Assembly (NCBI GenBank): GCA_038245295.1
Contig: JBBRSP010000001.1
Location: forward strand, 1 to 64,000
Origin: Candidatus Binatia bacterium
GTDB lineage: Bacteria; Desulfobacterota; Binatia; HRBIN30
DNA: 64,000 nt
Direction of reading: 5' to 3'
Within the stretch, counting starts at the first letter, position 1, and the number at the start of each line of letters is the position of its first letter. The notes below the pieces were generated by a model. The model worked only from the letters and a program-made list of their open reading frames with translations. It had not been told where the DNA came from and made no database searches. A program made the position numbers and the translations under genes. This document shows, one piece after another, positions 28,007 to 37,935 of this stretch.

Positions 28007-31000
28007 CTACTCGACGGTCATCTGTCGCAGTCGAACCGCGTTACGATGGGGAGCAGCTGAAACCTCGGGGAAGACTAGATCGAAGAGCGTGCCCGGGGAG
28101 AGGGTGGCGGCGCTCGCCAACGCGATACGCACGGTCCCATCCGTGGCATTCATGGCAATCATTGTTGAACGCGCAGAATCCTTGCGGCGGAGCCGAGGGG
28201 TTCCGAGGTGCTGCGTGTCAACCGCCAACTGCAACTCGACAGAGTGAAAGGCGGTGTCGCCACCAACCACGACTGGGATCACCAGGCTGCCCGAGCGGCG
28301 GCGTGCCGTCCCGAGGTGTCCGCGATTAGCTTGCTCGACCTTTCGGCTGACAGCGCCACCCGGGGGGGTCCAAGAGCCATCACAATCGCCGAGCAACACG
28401 GCTGAAAAGTCTTGCCCAACCAAGGAGCCGGTGAGTGGCTTAAAGTCGGTGGCGCCCAGGGTACAACGCCCGCTTTGCAGCGTCGGTCGCGTGAGCATGC
28501 CCGCGTCGTATGCGGCCGGGTTGAATAGCCAGTCGGAGCCGCAGGCCGTCGCCGCGGGAAGATGGGCGATCAGTCCGACGCGGAGTTGCAGGATCAGCGA
28601 GGCGTCGATGGCAGAGATGCTTCCGGAGGCATTGGAATCGCAGGCTAGCATCTGTTCCGTAGAAATGGTGGACCGGTCGATCATCCCGACGGCCGCTTGA
28701 AGGGCGAAGACGGCGTCCAAGGCGGTGATGGAACTCACGTCATCACTCTTGTTTGCGGAAAGGTTCCAGTTCGACGTCGTCAGCCCCAGGCACGCAAAGG
28801 ACCCGCGAGTATCCGTAGACTCGGTGAGGCTGAGGGGAACACCAGCCTGGGAAGTCGTGCTCACTTTGATCGAAGCGTTGCTGACGGTGGACTGGTTTGA
28901 GAAGTACTCGACATTGCCGACGACGGAGAGGTTGCCTCCCGGGTTGAATGGGCTCGGCGTTGGACTGAGGGTGGGAGTTGCCGTTTGTGTTGGCGGAATC
29001 GTGGATGTCGGGGTGGGTGTTACCGTCGGTGTGCGGGTTGAGGTGCCGGTGAAGGTCGGCGTCGAGGTCGATGTTGCCGTGCGCGACGGCGTCGGTGTCA
29101 GGGTTGGAGTTTGACTGGCTGTCCGCGTTGGCGTCGGCGTACCTGTATTCGTGCGGGTCGGTGTGCTCGGGGGGGCTGAGATTCTCAGGGAGACCGCTCT
29201 CATCCGCGCGCCATCCGCCTGGCCGACGTATATGTGTCCGAGCGGATCCACGGCGAGCCCGGTCGGACGAAGGATGTTGGCGAGGCTGGCATCACCGCCA
29301 TCGCCGGTCAGGCTCGAGACGCCGGTGCCGGTGATCGTGGACATCGTGCCGTCGGTCACGCTGACGCGCCGGATGCGCAGGTTCTGGGCATCGGCGATGT
29401 AGAGGTTGCCGACCGAGTCGAAAGCCAGCCGGAATGGATAGTTGAGTTGAGTCGAGAGCGCCGATTGGCCGTCGCCGTTGTATCCCTGAGAATGGGTGCC
29501 GGCGAAGCGTTCGATGGCGCCGTTGCGGATTCGACGAACAACGTGGTTGTTGTAGTCTGCGATGTAGAGCAGGCCGTCGGGGCCGATGGCGATGTCGGTT
29601 GGCGATGCGAGGCTCGATGCCGTCGGTGCGCCGCCGTCATCGCCCGTGTACCCCCAGTTACCGTTACCGACGATGGTCGTGATGATTCGGTTCGGGGTGA
29701 CTTTGCGGATCTTATTGCCGCCGAAATCGACGATGAGGACGTTGCCCGCCGAGTCAACTCGAACACTGTAGGGGTAGGAGAGCGTTGCCGTGAGCGCGTC
29801 GACGTTTTCGCCGGTACTTCCGAACGTGCCGGTACCGGCAAAGGTGGTGATGATGCCGCTGGTGTCGACTTTGCGGACGCGGTTGTTGAGGGTGTCTGCG
29901 ATCCAGACGTTGCCGGCGGTGTCCATTTCAACGGCGAGCGGTGAGCGTAGCGATGCTTTGGTGGCCAGGCCGCCATCGCCGCACGCGGTAGTTGATGTTG
30001 CACAAGCGCTGCCGTCGCCGGCGATCGTTTCGATGAACCCGCCTGCCACGTCGACGTGGCGAATACGATTGGCATTGCCGTCTGCGATGTAGAAGTCGGG
30101 CGGAGAGGTTGTCGGGTTCGGGTCTACAGCGATTCCGAATGGGCTGATGATGGCATTGATGGGTGGGCCTTGATCGCCGTTGTCACCGCCCGCGAAGGTA
30201 GTGATGATGCCGCTGGTAACCTTGCGAACGCGATTGTCTGTCGACGGAACATTGTTGGTGGTTTGTCCGATGTACACGGCGTTATTGGCGTCCACCGCCA
30301 GTCCGTTAGGATAATAGATCCGAGCCAATGCTGCCGAGGCACCGTCGCCCGCGGATCCGACAGTGCCAATTCCAGCGATAGTGCTGATCGTTCCCATCGG
30401 CGTAACCAATCCCTGGGTTGCCAGAATGCGGCGCACGCGCAGGTTGCCGGTATCGTTGATGAGTAGGTTGCCTTGGCTGTCGAGGGCCAAGCGGTAGGGT
30501 AGCTTGAAACGTGAACCGCTGGCGGGACCGTTGTCGCCGCTGAATCCCTGGTATCCGTCGCCAGCGAGTGCGGAGATAGTGCCGGCTGTATCGACGCGAC
30601 GAATGCGTGAGTTGTTGTAGTCGGCAATGAATACGTTGCCGGCGCCGTCAACGACGATGCCGGTTGGATTCGCCAACAATGCATCGACGGCAAGACCGCC
30701 GTCGCCGCTGCTGCCCCAGCTCCCCGTGCCGGCGAAGCGGGTGATTGTGCCGCTGGGATTCACCTTACGGACACGTGAACCCGAGAACTCGGCGATGTAC
30801 AGATTTCCTTGGCCGTCAACGGCCAGCCCGCGAGGCTCCCACAACGTGGCGCGGCTGGCTGGTCCATTGTCGCCGTCACCACCAATGGTACCTGTTCCAG
30901 CGTAGGTCGTGATCGTTCCGTTGCTGATTCGGCGAACCCGATGGTCGTTCGTGTCGGCGACAAAAACGTCGCCATTGCGGCACACGACGTCGGTGGGGAA

Positions 31001-31381
31001 GCTCAGCGCAGCGGCCAAGGCGTTGCCGCCGTCGCCACACGCGGCGGTTGGGCTGGCGCACGCCTGCCCGGTCCCGGCGAAGGTTGAGACAATCCCGGTA
31101 GAGGGATCGATCTTGCGGACTCGATTATTCTGGCCGTCGGCGATGAAGATTCCGGCCGGATTACTGCACACGGATATGCCGCGTGGGTCGATCACGGCGC
31201 TGGCAGCCGGGCCGCCGTCGCCGTTGCCGCTGCCAACCATGGTGTCGATCGTGCCGAGTGCCGGAAAAGTCAAGGCAAATCCTCGGTTGCTGCCCAGGAG
31301 TGTCACGGCGAGGAAGAGCATCCACCGAAAGCTGTGACAGCTCTGAGCGGCATATGACGGGTGCAGCTTGGTACCATGCAT
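28007..31381 (-). CDS. Secreted NHL-repeat (double beta-propeller) protein with Thr/Pro linker and dockerin-/cohesin-like C-terminal module
   Basis: About 12 GDGGxAxxAxLxxPxGxAVDxxGNxYIADxxNxRIR repeats; [19 protein letters not shown]; start uncertain (31381 or 31321). Confidence 0.85.
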   Translation of the reverse strand: MHGTKLHPSYAAQSCHSFRWMLFLAVTLLGSNRGFALTFPALGTIDTMVGSGNGDGGPAASAVIDPRGISVCSNPAGIFIADGQNNRVRKIDPSTGIVSTFAGTGQACASPTAACGDGGNALAAALSFPTDVVCRNGDVFVADTNDHRVRRISNGTITTYAGTGTIGGDGDNGPASRATLWEPRGLAVDGQGNLYIAEFSGSRVRKVNPSGTITRFAGTGSWGSSGDGGLAVDALLANPTGIVVDGAGNVFIADYNNSRIRRVDTAGTISALAGDGYQGFSGDNGPASGSRFKLPYRLALDSQGNLLINDTGNLRVRRILATQGLVTPMGTISTIAGIGTVGSAGDGASAALARIYYPNGLAVDANNAVYIGQTTNNVPSTDNRVRKVTSGIITTFAGGDNGDQGPPINAIISPFGIAVDPNPTTSPPDFYIADGNANRIRHVDVAGGFIETIAGDGSACATSTTACGDGGLATKASLRSPLAVEMDTAGNVWIADTLNNRVRKVDTSGIITTFAGTGTFGSTGENVDALTATLSYPYSVRVDSAGNVLIVDFGGNKIRKVTPNRIITTIVGNGNWGYTGDDGGAPTASSLASPTDIAIGPDGLLYIADYNNHVVRRIRNGAIERFAGTHSQGYNGDGQSALSTQLNYPFRLAFDSVGNLYIADAQNLRIRRVSVTDGTMSTITGTGVSSLTGDGGDASLANILRPTGLAVDPLGHIYVGQADGARMRAVSLRISAPPSTPTRTNTGTPTPTRTASQTPTLTPTPSRTATSTSTPTFTGTSTRTPTVTPTPTSTIPPTQTATPTLSPTPSPFNPGGNLSVVGNVEYFSNQSTVSNASIKVSTTSQAGVPLSLTESTDTRGSFACLGLTTSNWNLSANKSDDVSSITALDAVFALQAAVGMIDRSTISTEQMLACDSNASGSISAIDASLILQLRVGLIAHLPAATACGSDWLFNPAAYDAGMLTRPTLQSGRCTLGATDFKPLTGSLVGQDFSAVLLGDCDGSWTPPGGAVSRKVEQANRGHLGTARRRSGSLVIPVVVGGDTAFHSVELQLAVDTQHLGTPRLRRKDSARSTMIAMNATDGTVRIALASAATLSPGTLFDLVFPEVSAAPHRNAVRLRQMTVE

Positions 31382-31609
31382 AGTTTCGTCGTGTCCTTCG
31401 AGCGCTCCCGGCCGACCGCTTAGGGCGTGCGGCGGGAAATCCTGTCCGGATGATCGCAGTGTTCCAGGCGCATGAATCGTGCCAGTGCTGTCTGGAGTCC
31501 CAGTAAACACCCGCTCAGGGGTGGATCCTTCTATTGAGACGCCACGTGCGTCAACTTGATGGCGCAACGGTTGTCGCATGGACAGTTTTGAACCGTCAGG
31601 TGTACAGAA

Positions 31610-34600
31610 TCAGTCAACATCGAGCCGCGATCGCAGAAGTTTCGGGGTTGGTCCAGCAGGGTGAGGCTTAGCGATTCTGAATCCGAGCCAGCCGATACGC
31701 CCGCTGTGGATCGGTTGGGCACCAGCGGCCGCGAGTCGCACGGTGCCGCTCTCGTGCCGGTTGACCGCCAGCAGGGTATTCTCCACGCGGTGCATCAAGT
31801 GAAACGTCGGCTCGCTCAGCCAACTTGTGTCAAAGCTGACGGTGGCTTCGACGGCACGGAAGGTCTCGGCGCCGTCGACGAAGACAGGGAACCATGCGTG
31901 CGACCCGTGAATGCGCGGCCGACCGATGCGAACACTTCCTGCGGCGTCTCTCACACCCGCTGTCGCGCTGGAGGTTGATTGCCAGCTCAGGTTGCAATCG
32001 CCGATGGGGATGGCCTCGAAGTTTTGGCCGCTCAGAGAATTGGTGAGATTGGCAAAGGTGAGTTTCCCGGGTTGGCAGGCTCCGCCCGAAAGGGCTGCGG
32101 CGGTTGCGGTAACGGCCGCTGCGGTCGGGGGGAGTGGATCGAACAGCCAATCCGAGCCGCAAGAGGCGGCCGCGGGCAGGCGGGCGATGAGACCGACACG
32201 GTACTGGAGTATGTACGCCGCATCGATAGCCGACAAGGTTCCGCTGGCGTTCACATCGCAGCCGAGCAGTGCTTCAGGGGACAGGGATCGCGCTCCGACG
32301 GTGGCCTCGAGGGCGTAGGCCGCGTCGATCGCCGAAACGCTGGTGGCGACTCCACCCGTTTTGCTAGGTGTCAGGACCCAGCTGCCGTTCGGGACGCCCG
32401 GCAGGGTGAAAGTTCCGGACTGGTCCGACGACGCTTGCAACGCCGGGGGTTGGCCCGCGGCATTTGCAAGCGAAAGAAGTGTTTGAGGTATGCCGCCGCG
32501 GCTCGCGAAGTGTACTACGCTGCCCGAAACGGTCAGGCCGGCCGGCACGCCTGAAGCGCCCACTTCCCGAATCCGATAACTGTCGGCCTGGGAAACAAAG
32601 AGGTTCCCCGAATCATCAACGGCAATGCCGGTGGGACGGACCAGGCTAGCAGACGTAGCCGCTCCGCCATCGCCCGAGTTGCCCGTAGCTCCCATGCCAG
32701 CGACCGTCGTGATGACCCCGGTAGTAGCGTCGACTCGGCGGATACGCCGATTGTCGGCGTCGGCGATGAACAGGTTCCCGACCGTGTCGACGGCCAGTCG
32801 GAACGGGTAGTTCAAGGCGGCGGCAGCTGCCGGGCCGCCGTCGCCGCTGTACCCGGGCCAGCCTATTCCGGCGTATCGATCGATCGTGCCGTTGCGAACG
32901 CGGCGCACGGAGTGATTCGAATAGTCAGCGATGAAAAGGGTTCCGTCGGCCGTGATCGCCACATCCGTTGGTGACGACAAACTCGCCGCGGTGGCAGGGC
33001 CGTTGTCGCCGGTATTTCCCCAACTGCCCGACCCGGCGACCGTCGAGATGATTCCCCCCGGTGTGATTTTCCTTACTCGGCTATTGGCGAAGTCAGCGAC
33101 GTAAACGTTGCCGGTGGCGTCAACCTCGACGCCGTAGGGAAAGGCCAGCTGGGCGTTTACCGCGGCGCCATTGTCGCCCCCGAATCCGTAGACGCCGTTG
33201 CCGGCGTAAGTCGTGATTGTACCGGAGGTACTGACTTTGCGGATCCGATTATTGAGGGTGTCGGCGATCCACACCGTCCCATCGGCGGCATTGGTGACGT
33301 CGAGTGGGTTGTTCAGTGAAGCCGCCGTGGCGGGCCCCCCGTCGCCGGAGAAGCCGCCGGTACCATTGCCGGCAATCGTTGAGATCAGGCCGCTGGTGCG
33401 GTCGACCTTGCGGACACGGTGCCCGGCACTATCGCCCAGGTAGAGATCATGGCTCGAAGCGGCACGACTTGCCTCCACGCCGTTGGGCTCGACGATGGCA
33501 TTCAGTGCCTGGCCACCGTCACCGTTGCTTCCGCCGATCGCCGTGCTGATGATGCCCGACGAATTTACTAGGCGAACGCGATTGTCGGCGCTAGGAACCG
33601 AACTGGTGGTGACACCCAGGTAGACATTGCTGGACGAGTCGGAGGCAACCGCATTCAGTCGCCAAAGGGTTGCTTGCGTCGCCGGGCCGCCGTCTCCTGA
33701 AGAACCGGTTTGGCCGTTCCCGGCGATAGTCGAGATTATCCCGTTGGCTGTGACGACGCCACTGGTGGCCTGGATTCGGCGGACGATGTTGTTTCCAGAA
33801 TCGGCGATCAACAGATTGCCAGATGGGTCAAACGCGATCCGATATGGAAGATTGAGGCGGGCTGAAAATGCTGGTCCGCCCGACCCACCAATTCCGGCAT
33901 AGCCGTCCCCGGCGATCGTCGAGATTACACCGCTCGTATCCACCCGGCGGATACGTTGGTTGTTGTAGTCGGCGATATAGAGGTTGCCGGAGCTGTCGAT
34001 GGCCAGCCCCGAGGGACTCGCCAGTGTAGCGCTGGTCGCCGGCCCGCCATCGCCGCTAAAGCCCCAAGCTCCGGTACCAGCGACTCGCGAGATGACACCC
34101 GCGGTGCTCACTTTGCGGACGACATTGCCGTTGAACTCAACGACGTAGAGACTACCCGCCGGATGAACGGCGAGTCCGCGGGGCGCTGCGAGACTCGCGG
34201 CGGTTGCCGCCGCACCGTCGCCAGATGTTGAGAGCTGCCCGTTCCCGGCGATGGTCGAGATAAGGCCGCTGGGAGCAATGTGTCGGATCCGATTATTTCC
34301 CGTGTCCGCGAAGGTGACACTTCCATCGGCGCCTGCCACTACGTCGGTTGGAAAGGAAAGTTGGGCCGCCGTCGCCGGTCCGCCATCGCCGCTGAATCCG
34401 GCCGATCCGGTGCCGGCGATGGTGCTGACGCCGTTAGCAGTCCCTAGCGTGATCTTACGTACGAGATTGTTCTGTCCATCGGCGATGTATACCAGGCGCG
34501 CACCATCCGCCGTGACACGAACGGCAATCCCACGTGGGTTAATGATGGCCTGCGGCGCAGCCTCGCCGTCGCCAAAGCCAGACCCGACAACGGATTGAAT

Positions 34601-34741
34601 CACTCCGGCAGCCGGGTCGGTTGCGGCCGCGGAGGAGGGGCCGAAGCACACCAGGATCAGGCCGCACCCGAGCGCTGCGAGCCGTCCACCAAATAAACGA
34701 AACGGGGAAGCCCGCTCGACTCGATCTACGATACGACGCAT
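31610..34741 (-). CDS. Secreted NHL-repeat protein, paralog, with dockerin-/cohesin-like C-terminal module
   Basis: Same repeat layout; CDVNASGTLSAIDAAYILQ; no Thr/Pro linker; start uncertain. Confidence 0.85.
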   Translation of the reverse strand: MRRIVDRVERASPFRLFGGRLAALGCGLILVCFGPSSAAATDPAAGVIQSVVGSGFGDGEAAPQAIINPRGIAVRVTADGARLVYIADGQNNLVRKITLGTANGVSTIAGTGSAGFSGDGGPATAAQLSFPTDVVAGADGSVTFADTGNNRIRHIAPSGLISTIAGNGQLSTSGDGAAATAASLAAPRGLAVHPAGSLYVVEFNGNVVRKVSTAGVISRVAGTGAWGFSGDGGPATSATLASPSGLAIDSSGNLYIADYNNQRIRRVDTSGVISTIAGDGYAGIGGSGGPAFSARLNLPYRIAFDPSGNLLIADSGNNIVRRIQATSGVVTANGIISTIAGNGQTGSSGDGGPATQATLWRLNAVASDSSSNVYLGVTTSSVPSADNRVRLVNSSGIISTAIGGSNGDGGQALNAIVEPNGVEASRAASSHDLYLGDSAGHRVRKVDRTSGLISTIAGNGTGGFSGDGGPATAASLNNPLDVTNAADGTVWIADTLNNRIRKVSTSGTITTYAGNGVYGFGGDNGAAVNAQLAFPYGVEVDATGNVYVADFANSRVRKITPGGIISTVAGSGSWGNTGDNGPATAASLSSPTDVAITADGTLFIADYSNHSVRRVRNGTIDRYAGIGWPGYSGDGGPAAAAALNYPFRLAVDTVGNLFIADADNRRIRRVDATTGVITTVAGMGATGNSGDGGAATSASLVRPTGIAVDDSGNLFVSQADSYRIREVGASGVPAGLTVSGSVVHFASRGGIPQTLLSLANAAGQPPALQASSDQSGTFTLPGVPNGSWVLTPSKTGGVATSVSAIDAAYALEATVGARSLSPEALLGCDVNASGTLSAIDAAYILQYRVGLIARLPAAASCGSDWLFDPLPPTAAAVTATAAALSGGACQPGKLTFANLTNSLSGQNFEAIPIGDCNLSWQSTSSATAGVRDAAGSVRIGRPRIHGSHAWFPVFVDGAETFRAVEATVSFDTSWLSEPTFHLMHRVENTLLAVNRHESGTVRLAAAGAQPIHSGRIGWLGFRIAKPHPAGPTPKLLRSRLDVD

Positions 34742-34899
34742 ACGTGTTAGTGCATCGAAGCATCTGCGATTCGCTGGCGGATTGCAAGTCATTCTCTTTT
34801 TGCAAACGATCAGCGGATTGGTTGCGGCGTTCTCTCGGCGAGGCCTCCCTGCGCGGCACCGAGTTGGACCCTGGAATGTCAGAAATAGTTGGCTTTTGA

Positions 34900-34928
34900 T
34901 TGACACTTGAAAAGGCTCGTGGTACCTC
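34900..34928 (+). promoter_or_regulatory. Possible sigma70 promoter
   Basis: TTGACA-N17-TACCTC with a preceding TG; weak -10. Confidence 0.35.
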
Positions 34929-34995
34929 GCCCGGGATGTCGTACTTCGACAAGCAGGAGTGCGCCTTAGCAACTGCGGACTGGTGGGGAGTGTTA

Positions 34996-36246
34996 ATGGA
35001 CGGGATGTCGAAGCGGAGGGTCGGATACGTGGCCTCAAAAATTACCAACTATATTGCGATGACTGGTGTGCTAGCCGTCGTTGGGGCGGGATCCGCTGAA
35101 GCGCAACTCAATCTCGGCCTGAATCAACGTTCTGCGGATGGAACAGTGTACGAGGTTGTTGCCGTCAACAATGTCGTGCCTCTGACTGCCGGTGCAGAAG
35201 TTGTCCGGGTGACCTCGATTGCCGGCTCCGTTAACGGCGCCCAAGCATGCTCAAACACAAGTGGTGGCTCTGGCCTGCCAACCTCAGCTCTGGCTGGTCC
35301 TGATCCTTCAATCCCTCAGTTGCTCCAACCGATCTCCTCGGTGCAACGCACAGGGATTCTGATGCCCGACAACTTTACTGTGTCGTTCAACCCTTCAGGG
35401 TCGGGACGGCTGACGATCGGTGGCGGAACACAGTTCGACATCTGCTTGGATTCGGCGAATTGCGTCGGCGGAGCGGGAGACGCTCCTGTGGTGAGTATGC
35501 TCTCGAATGCTGGCGGGATTCCCGCTGCCTGCACCGGGACTGCAATCGCTAGCTGCTTCGGAGCAACCCGCTCGGCCTTCGGGTTCGGGATCCCTGGTGA
35601 TGGAACTGCCGCCAATAACTGCATCCCGACCAGCGATATGGTGAACAACCCTATGGGGTTACGGATCACGGCCGACACAACGGTGTGTGCCCCGACTCCA
35701 GCTGACGGATTCACCGTGGGACCCGGCCAGTTGGTGGTGTTCATTTACTCGGGGATGTTGTCGATGTCCGGATTCACGGTTGGCGCCGGCGGGTTTGGTG
35801 TGAGCACCGATGCCGTCAACAATCCCGGCTGTCCCGCCAACACTGTGATCACGTCGGATGCGCAGGCGCCGAGTGCGCCGCCGCTCCCGCCGCCAACAAT
35901 CACCGCGACGCCGACCGTGACGCCGACGAACACGCCGACCAATACACCGACGAGAACGCCGACGAACACGCCGACGAGCACGCCGACCAATACACCGTCG
36001 AACACGCCGACGAGCTCCTCGACGCCGACCAACACGGCGACGCGCACGCCAACTAACACGCCCACGCCGACGAATACCCCGACGCGGACAGCAACTCTAA
36101 CGCCGACGATTCCGCCGACGCCTACGGCGCCGCCGATTCCTCTTATCCCATCGCCGGCATCACCGTCCGGGGCGCTCTTGATTGGTGGCCTTGGTGTATC
36201 GATCGCCTGGATGTTGCGTCGCGCCGCGAAAAGCGGCGCTCGATAA
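34996..36246 (+). CDS. Cys-rich surface protein with Thr/Pro stalk and C-terminal motif-TM-RR tail (paralog 1)
   Basis: GGGGAG RBS before ATG 34996; signal peptide ending AEA|Q; TPTN repeats; [31 protein letters not shown]. Confidence 0.85.
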   Translation: MDGMSKRRVGYVASKITNYIAMTGVLAVVGAGSAEAQLNLGLNQRSADGTVYEVVAVNNVVPLTAGAEVVRVTSIAGSVNGAQACSNTSGGSGLPTSALAGPDPSIPQLLQPISSVQRTGILMPDNFTVSFNPSGSGRLTIGGGTQFDICLDSANCVGGAGDAPVVSMLSNAGGIPAACTGTAIASCFGATRSAFGFGIPGDGTAANNCIPTSDMVNNPMGLRITADTTVCAPTPADGFTVGPGQLVVFIYSGMLSMSGFTVGAGGFGVSTDAVNNPGCPANTVITSDAQAPSAPPLPPPTITATPTVTPTNTPTNTPTRTPTNTPTSTPTNTPSNTPTSSSTPTNTATRTPTNTPTPTNTPTRTATLTPTIPPTPTAPPIPLIPSPASPSGALLIGGLGVSIAWMLRRAAKSGAR

Positions 36247-36273
36247 AACACAACGTCTTTTCATGAATTGCCC

Positions 36274-36306
36274 AGGGGGGAGTCTCGGACTCCCCCCTTT
36301 CTTTTT
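36274..36306 (+). terminator. Rho-independent terminator
   Basis: AGGGGGGAGTC-TCG-GACTCCCCCCT followed by TTCTTTTT. Confidence 0.85.
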
Positions 36307-36427
36307 GTCGACGAGCTATTTGGGGTTGACTAGCTCGCGAATTTGCTTGATGTTTGCGACGTTTCACGCCACTCACAGTTGGCGTGATGAGGATGGGCCG
36401 GTCGGATAGCAAAGAGGGGAAGAGCGA

Positions 36428-37876
36428 ATGAGAGTGGAGACGTTTGCAGCAAGGGCCGTTCAGGGCGGCGTGATCGCGCTGGTGCTAGCGTTTGCGTTAC
36501 CTCAAGGCGCTAGCGCACAATTCTCACTGGGGCTTTCTCAGCGTGCTGCGGACGGTACGGTCTACCAGGTTATCTCCGTCGCAAACTCGCCTCTCTCCTC
36601 CGGTGCGGACGAGATGCGCGTCCTGACCGTGGCTGGAGCGACGGGCGGGCTATCTGGATGCTCGCAGATCGGCGCCACGTCAGGACAACCTGTGTCGGCC
36701 CTGGTTGGCGCCAACGTCAATGCCGGACAAGTGCAGCGCCCGCTGGTGGATATAACCCGTACCAGTGTCATCACGCCAGCCAACTTCAACGTTACCTTCA
36801 ATTCCAATAATAGTGGGCGCCTCACAATCGGTGGCATCGATATCTGTCGAGATGCGGGAAACTGCGCCGGTGGCGCTGGAGACGCCCCGATCTTTACGCT
36901 GGACGACATGACCGACCCGCTCGTTGGCCAGGCGTGCCTGGCGACTACGACAACCGCGACCTGCCTCGGCGTGGCAACGCGTTCGCAGTTGGGATTTGGG
37001 CTGATGCGTGACGGCTCAGGGAATTGTCTACAGAATCCAACAGCCGACTCGACCGTGTGTGGGCCGCGGCCCAGTGACGGGTTCACGGTTGGTAAAGGTC
37101 AGATCATCGTCTTCATCTACGACGGCAGCCTCGGCATGTCGGGGTTCACCAACGGTATTGCCGGTTTCGGTATCGATACGGACTTGGTTAACATTCCACA
37201 GTGCATGAACTTCCTGGCGGGATCGATTGTGACTGCCGACGAGCAGAATCCGAGTGCGCCGGCCCTGCCGCCACCCACTGAAACGCCGACCCCGACACGT
37301 ACGAATACGCCGACCAACACGCCGAGTTCGACGCCGACAACCACCCCGACGAACACGCCGACGGTGACGCCGACCAACACGCCAACCAACACGCCAACAA
37401 GGACGCCAACGAACACCCCGACGAATACGCCGACGAATACGCCGACGAACACGCCATCGCCAACCAACACGCCGACCAACACGCCGACCAACACGCCGAC
37501 AAATACACCGACGAATACGCCGACACGAACCTCGACGCCGACGAATACGCCGACGAATACGCCGACAAGCACCCCAACGCCGACGAATACGCCGACCTAC
37601 ACGCCGACCAACACCCCGACCAACACGCCGACCAACACCCCGACGCCAACCGCCACGCCGACGCAAACGCCGACCAACACGCCGACGGACACCCCAACAC
37701 CGACGAGTACGCCGACGAGCACGCCGACCCTGACGCCGACGATTACCCCAACACCCACTGCGCCACCGATTCCTCTCATCCCAAGCCCCGCCTCGCCTGC
37801 GGGAGCGGCCCTGGTTGGAGGATTGGCCCTCTCTATAGGGTGGATGTTGCGACGCGCTGGGCGGCACCTGGACTGA
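36428..37876 (+). CDS. Cys-rich surface protein with long Thr/Pro stalk and C-terminal motif-TM-RR tail (paralog 2)
   Basis: Signal peptide ending ASA|Q; N-terminal domain colinear with paralog 1; [31 protein letters not shown]. Confidence 0.88.
   Translation: MRVETFAARAVQGGVIALVLAFALPQGASAQFSLGLSQRAADGTVYQVISVANSPLSSGADEMRVLTVAGATGGLSGCSQIGATSGQPVSALVGANVNAGQVQRPLVDITRTSVITPANFNVTFNSNNSGRLTIGGIDICRDAGNCAGGAGDAPIFTLDDMTDPLVGQACLATTTTATCLGVATRSQLGFGLMRDGSGNCLQNPTADSTVCGPRPSDGFTVGKGQIIVFIYDGSLGMSGFTNGIAGFGIDTDLVNIPQCMNFLAGSIVTADEQNPSAPALPPPTETPTPTRTNTPTNTPSSTPTTTPTNTPTVTPTNTPTNTPTRTPTNTPTNTPTNTPTNTPSPTNTPTNTPTNTPTNTPTNTPTRTSTPTNTPTNTPTSTPTPTNTPTYTPTNTPTNTPTNTPTPTATPTQTPTNTPTDTPTPTSTPTSTPTLTPTITPTPTAPPIPLIPSPASPAGAALVGGLALSIGWMLRRAGRHLD
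37284..37760 (+). repeat. Coding 12-bp tandem repeats (TPTN)
   Basis: Many ACGCCGACSAAY units. Confidence 0.9.
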
Positions 37877-37896
37877 TCTGATAGCTTCGTGTCTTC

Positions 37897-37935
37897 AACG
37901 GCGGGCGTCCCTAGGGATGCCCGCCGTTTCTCTTT
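37897..37935 (+). terminator. Rho-independent terminator
   Basis: AACGGCGGGCGTCC-CTAG-GGATGCCCGCCGTT followed by TCTCTTT. Confidence 0.8.

Noticed and set aside
31560..31576. Sigma54-like TGGCGC-N5-TTGTC between the NHL genes
   Set aside because: It lacks the invariant -12 GC and points antisense to the flanking genes.
24375..34741. Canonical cellulosome
   Set aside because: No glycoside hydrolase or CBM domains are attached and there is no multi-cohesin scaffoldin.
37284..37760. Regular short repeats resembling a CRISPR or VNTR array (also 35900-36125 and 25680-26600)
   Set aside because: No unique spacers; variation falls at third codon positions; they encode Thr/Pro linkers; no cas genes.
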